From Podarcis muralis (taxonomy: Eukaryota), in assembly GCF_964188315.1 (NCBI RefSeq), contig NC_135668.1, forward strand, positions 28,830,001 through 28,894,000: a DNA stretch of 64,000 bases. The letters are read 5' to 3'. The translations under genes and the position numbers were made by a program. This document shows positions 59,362-64,000 of the stretch, in pieces; positions within the stretch are counted from its first letter, which is position 1; every line of letters starts with the position of its first letter. The notes under the pieces were generated by a model that saw only the letters and a list, made by a program, of their open reading frames with translations, ran no database searches and was not told the origin of the DNA.

Positions 59362-62300
59362 TTGCTTAAGCAGTTTGCTCACATATTGAGCGGCGCCCGA
59401 ATACTTCTCGATGGTGGGAAGCACCGCCTGAGGAATTCAGGTCTCCTCTTCCTCCAGCCAAAATGGGTCAGTATTTCTGGAAATACTTGCTGCTGTGCTT
59501 TTCTTGCACAGCTGATTGATAAATGCAGGGCTTTGTCCTGGAGAGAATTGACAGCAAGCAGTCTATTCTCTTGTTGCTGGCTTGAGAACTGAACAAAGCA
59601 CTTTAAGAAATATATAAAATTTTGTGCTAGGTGTGATGTTGTTTGCCGTGATGCTAGAATCCTGGCCGAAAAAGACAATCTCCTTTAACTAGGCATGATG
59701 TGAACAGTGGTTTGATAACTGATTTAGCCATTGATTGGCAGCAAATCATGCTTTTTATAGGATGAAGAAACAGCGCCACAATACCTGCATTATGATAAAT
59801 GCGTTGTGATAGAATTGCACTGCCTTGTGGCACCCAACATTAACTCCAAGGTTCTCACCCCTGATGTTACAGCCCATCGTCCCCTATATTTCTGATTCAA
59901 GTCTTCCTGTGTTCACTTTGCAACACAGCCAAAACTACATCACCCTAACACAAGGGAGGCAGCACTGAAGACTCTGGTTAACCTCAAGGTTTCCTTAATA
60001 AGGAAAGTCTGTAAGGGGGAACCCCAAAACAGCAGCATAAGGCAGGGTAGACAATGTGAAGCCCTCCAGGTTGTTTGGACAACAGCGCTCATCAGGCTCA
60101 ACCAGCACAGCCAGTGGGCAAGGATGATGGGAGATGTAGTCCAAAATCTCTGGAGGGCAGGACCACCTATGGCATAAGGACTCCATGACATGGAACGTTG
60201 GCTGACTGAGAGGGGAAAAGATGGGAACTGGGTGGGAGGGGGATGCAATGGAGTAGGCTGAAAAAAGGAGGAGAGAAGTTACCTGGATATTAAAAGGATA
60301 AAATGACTCCCTTTGTTGTCTAGGTAGGTGAACTCTTCCAGAGGTGGAAGTGAGAGCTACCTATAGACATGAGTGGACAAATCTAAATATTTTAATATAG
60401 CTTGGGCTGGGCATAGGGGTCAACCTTACAACTCAGAGCCTCCCAATAAGAACCAGCTCTGTTCCATGGGTATAGAATACTGACTGACTGTGGGGAGGAG
60501 CAGGGATGTAATGAGGCATGGGTCCCTGAACAAAATCATGGCATGCTGCAACGTTTTGTTGCAGGATCGAGCTTCACTTCTGTTGCCCCAGTGTGTGTAG
60601 TGCAGAGTCACTCCTTAGCAACCCTCCTTGTTCCCTCTACTGCACACAGACTCCATGACTGCCTTTTGACATTATTTATTATTGTTGTTACCATGATGAT
60701 GATGTATTTATTTCCAATGAGTTCAAGGTGGCATACATGGTTCTCCGCCGCCTCCTTTAATCCCCACAACAACCCTGTGAGGTAGGTTAGGCTGAGAAGC
60801 AGTGACTGGCCCCCAAGATCACTCAAGTATGGCTTTGAACCTTGGTCTCCTAGGTTCTAGTCCAGCACTCTGATCACTGCACCACACCAGATCTCACTCT
60901 GCCTCTCATTCTGACCAGGTTGCTTGTATTTGAGTCACCCCCACCCAATAGTTCCCAAACTGCTTCTTTTTCCTTCTCACATCTTGAACCAATCCTTTTA
61001 TGAGCCACACTTCTGTTTCTTGGCCTTCTGTGACACCTGATTCCCTCTTACCATTGTGGACCGCTCTCTCCAGTCATCTCTTTGTCTGGCTAACATAGAC
61101 TGTGAGTTCTCTTCCACCCTCCACTGCAAGGCTTGTGTGTGTCTTACAATGTCTAGCACACGGTGCTGTATAAATGTTAAACTGCGGCAGCACTAGAAGG
61201 TTAGCAAATGGGCTTCTTAGTCTTTTAATCTGCACTCCGTTTTCTGCCCTTGGCGTGAGATGCGAGGCAAAATTAATGTACCAGCTTCCGTTTTTCTGGA
61301 GGAAAATACACACCAGTCGTGTTAACAGGTGTGTCTGGTGAAGCTTCAGTGGCTCCCTGATGTTTGCATTAATATTGCAGCCTCTGTGGACAAGCTGTAG
61401 GTTAGCTAAAGCACACAGCAGGGTTTAATAAGACGTGGTAGGAGAGAACTTTGCGCAGGCCATGGTGTTGTGCAGTTTATTTGCAGAGCTCAAAATTAGC
61501 CGAGGCCCTATAATGATTAGCAGCTGGCCGATAGCCCAGAAAGACGCACAGAGCCTGGATCTGGCAGCCCTTGGCAGTAATTTTCTGCAAGACAATTGTC
61601 CCTTAGCTCTTTTTATTATCGGATCGATTCTTTGACAATAGCACTTCTGTTTACAATGCTGATTCTATCAGGGTGCTTTCCGTAGTGTGGCCGGGTGTGA
61701 CCTGGTTGCTCTCGTAGCTGCACATCTGTTTTCAAACCTGGCCACTTACCTTTCTCTTATTAGACTCCCCACCCCCTGCAACTCATCTGAGCTGAACGGA
61801 GTGTGGAGCTGTCCATTTGCAGGCAGACGGTTCTAGGTCATCCACTCTGCTGCAAACAGTATGCTGCACCCTCTAATCAATTTGGAGTCCTCTAGGCACT
61901 GGTGCAAACAAAGCCTTGCATGATGCAAAACAAGCAGAAGGGTTGGCTATACTGGACTGGATCAAGTGCCCATCAGGGTCAGCACTCTGCTTCCCAACAG
62001 TGTCTAGCTAAGGATACTCCTGGAGAACTCTCAAGGAGAGCATGATGGAGATAGGCACTTACTGTGAGTCCCTAATAAGGCTGGGCGATACCTGGTTTTC
62101 AACAGCATGATATGCCACCAGCTAAATATCACGATATACTGTACTGATATATCACCATGTCTGAAATAAGGATGGAATGATGTAGAGGCATTGGCTGGCT
62201 TCACTGTTTTCCCCACATTGTGATTTTTGCACCACGCGTGCATGCACACACCCTCCCCCATGACTTGCAATACATTGCCAGGTCAAAAATAATGAAACCA

Positions 62301-63744
62301 ATATCACGATTTGGGACGATACCAGCCCTAGTCCCTAGCATCCATTGTGCAGGAGTGTACTACCTTGTATCTGGGAGTTCTGCCTTGCTATAGTGGCTAA
62401 TTACTAGACTGCTCTTGTGCTTGAATCCTGCTTGTTGGTTTCCTACAGGCAGCAGGCCACTGTGAGAACATGATGCTGGACTAGATGGGCCATTGGCTTG
62501 ATTGTAAAAAAAAACCCCTCAAAGAGGTTTACAAAAGATAAAACAATAAATCAAGACAAAACCACAACCCTGCTTTAGATTGATAAACTCACAGAGGAAT
62601 CAGTTTGCTAGCTTCAGTTTTGTTCAGTAACCAGTCAAGAGAACCTGTGACCAACCAGATGTTGTTGTTCAAGGTACCAGGTGTGTTTTGCTGCTAGAGG
62701 GCTGCGTTCGGTTGGCAGTCTCAAGTTGTGTCAACCTGTTCTGCAGTAACTCTTCTTTTTGTAGTCATTATTATTTCTGCAGGAATAATAAGGTCAAACG
62801 AAAATCTGTGCAGAGAATGGAATTACAAACTAAGCCAAGTAGCAGAAATAATAAGTGATTACTTTTCTGGTGGATTTTCCTTTAGTGCAGTAAGCATGCC
62901 TAAGAATCTGTGCTAAAGATAGCCTTCCACAATCCTTTTGGATGGAGATAATACATATATTAATGATTGCAAGGATTATGTACGTGAGGAGCTTTGGGGG
63001 GGGGAATACAGGGAAACCAAATAAATTGGTTTATTTATACAGTGAGATCACAACTTACACACATTTAACTTGTGCGATTGCAACCTAGCACGGTAGAAGG
63101 CCAGCTGATTGAAATTGTGCAATTTAATTGCACACAAGGCAGAGAGCTGTTTTGTGTTGGGTGCAGAAAGAGCTTTTAACCTCTCTGGAGGTTCCAAGGG
63201 GAAGGGCCCTCTCTACAGGTTAGATAGCTTCCAGGGGCTTCCTCTTCTCTCCTCTAGAGGAGACGAACCAGCAAGAGAAGGGGACAGTGCTGGTGCGGTA
63301 GACAATGTTGATAAGCCCTCTTCCTCAGCCTTCTGGAAGTTCCAATCCTTCTAAACAAAGACAGTTTTTGGCACCTAACCAAACTCCCCAAAACAGCTTT
63401 AGCAAATAGCTTCTTGGTTATAATGCCTTAATGCTTCCCTTTCCCACTTCCCCTTTCTCCTTTCTGTTTAGTCCTATCCGGAAGTCTGTCTTATCCATCC
63501 TCCACATCTCAATCTATGGGACTAATCTCCTACTCTCTCCCCAGCATTGTCTTTGAATTGTAAGAAGCTTTTCTCCTTTTTAAGGCATAAATCTCCTCTT
63601 TATGTTACCTTCTCAGATGAGGATGCTTTTCCAAACAACATGCAAGGAGAATAAAACACGAGAACCATTTTCTTACCTCTGCGTTTTCCGCTCTCTTGCC
63701 AACAGAGAAGCGAAACCACTTTATTTCACAAGGAACAACTAGGC

Positions 63745-63935
63745 TTCATGGAATCGTAGGGTTGGAAGGGACCCCAAGGGCCATCTAGTTCAACCCCCTT
63801 CAGTGCAGGAATCTCGACTAAAGCATCCAAGACAGGTGGCCATCCAACCTCTGCTTGAACACCTCCAGTGAAGGAGAGTCCACAGCCTCCCGAGGGAGTT
63901 GGCTCCACTGCTGAACAGCTCTTACTGTTCTTCAG
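63745..63935 (-). mobile_element. CR1 LINE 3' fragment
   Basis: ggttggaagggacc..catctagttcaacccc..ggccatccaacctctgcttgaacacctccagtgaaggagagtcc. Confidence 0.65.
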
Positions 63936-64000
63936 GTTAACTGCCTCTGAATTGTAAGCAAGAGCTGAACCTGCCCTCTTTCCCTGCCACAGATATTAAG

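Overview
Squamate reptile genomic DNA, most likely a lacertid lizard (Podarcis/Lacerta-like, inferred from the Sauria SINE, BovB, L2, CR1 and mariner-MITE content). The window holds the conserved vertebrate block ALAD(+) - HDHD3(+) - BSPRY(-) - WDR31(+). After it come a single-exon transmembrane RING-HC ligase gene (-) that does not look like a true RNF183 orthologue, and the CpG-island promoter and first exon of an unidentified + strand gene with no identifiable CDS in the window. I reconstructed all coding exons by hand with splice sites and phase checks: ALAD 332 aa, HDHD3 240 aa, BSPRY about 407 aa, WDR31 343 aa. The most unusual observations are (1) two TSD-flanked non-autonomous hAT elements that appear to carry captured CpG-rich promoter or first-exon DNA, (2) a solo LTR in sense orientation just upstream of the RING gene, (3) a frame conflict at the BSPRY last-exon acceptor, (4) a perfect RFX X-box abutting an antisense micro-exon-like signal in an ALAD intron, and (5) an apparently twin-primed (5'-inverted) L1. 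No CRISPR, rRNA or bona fide tRNA genes were found. Protein and repeat family names come from recalled knowledge, not from database searches.
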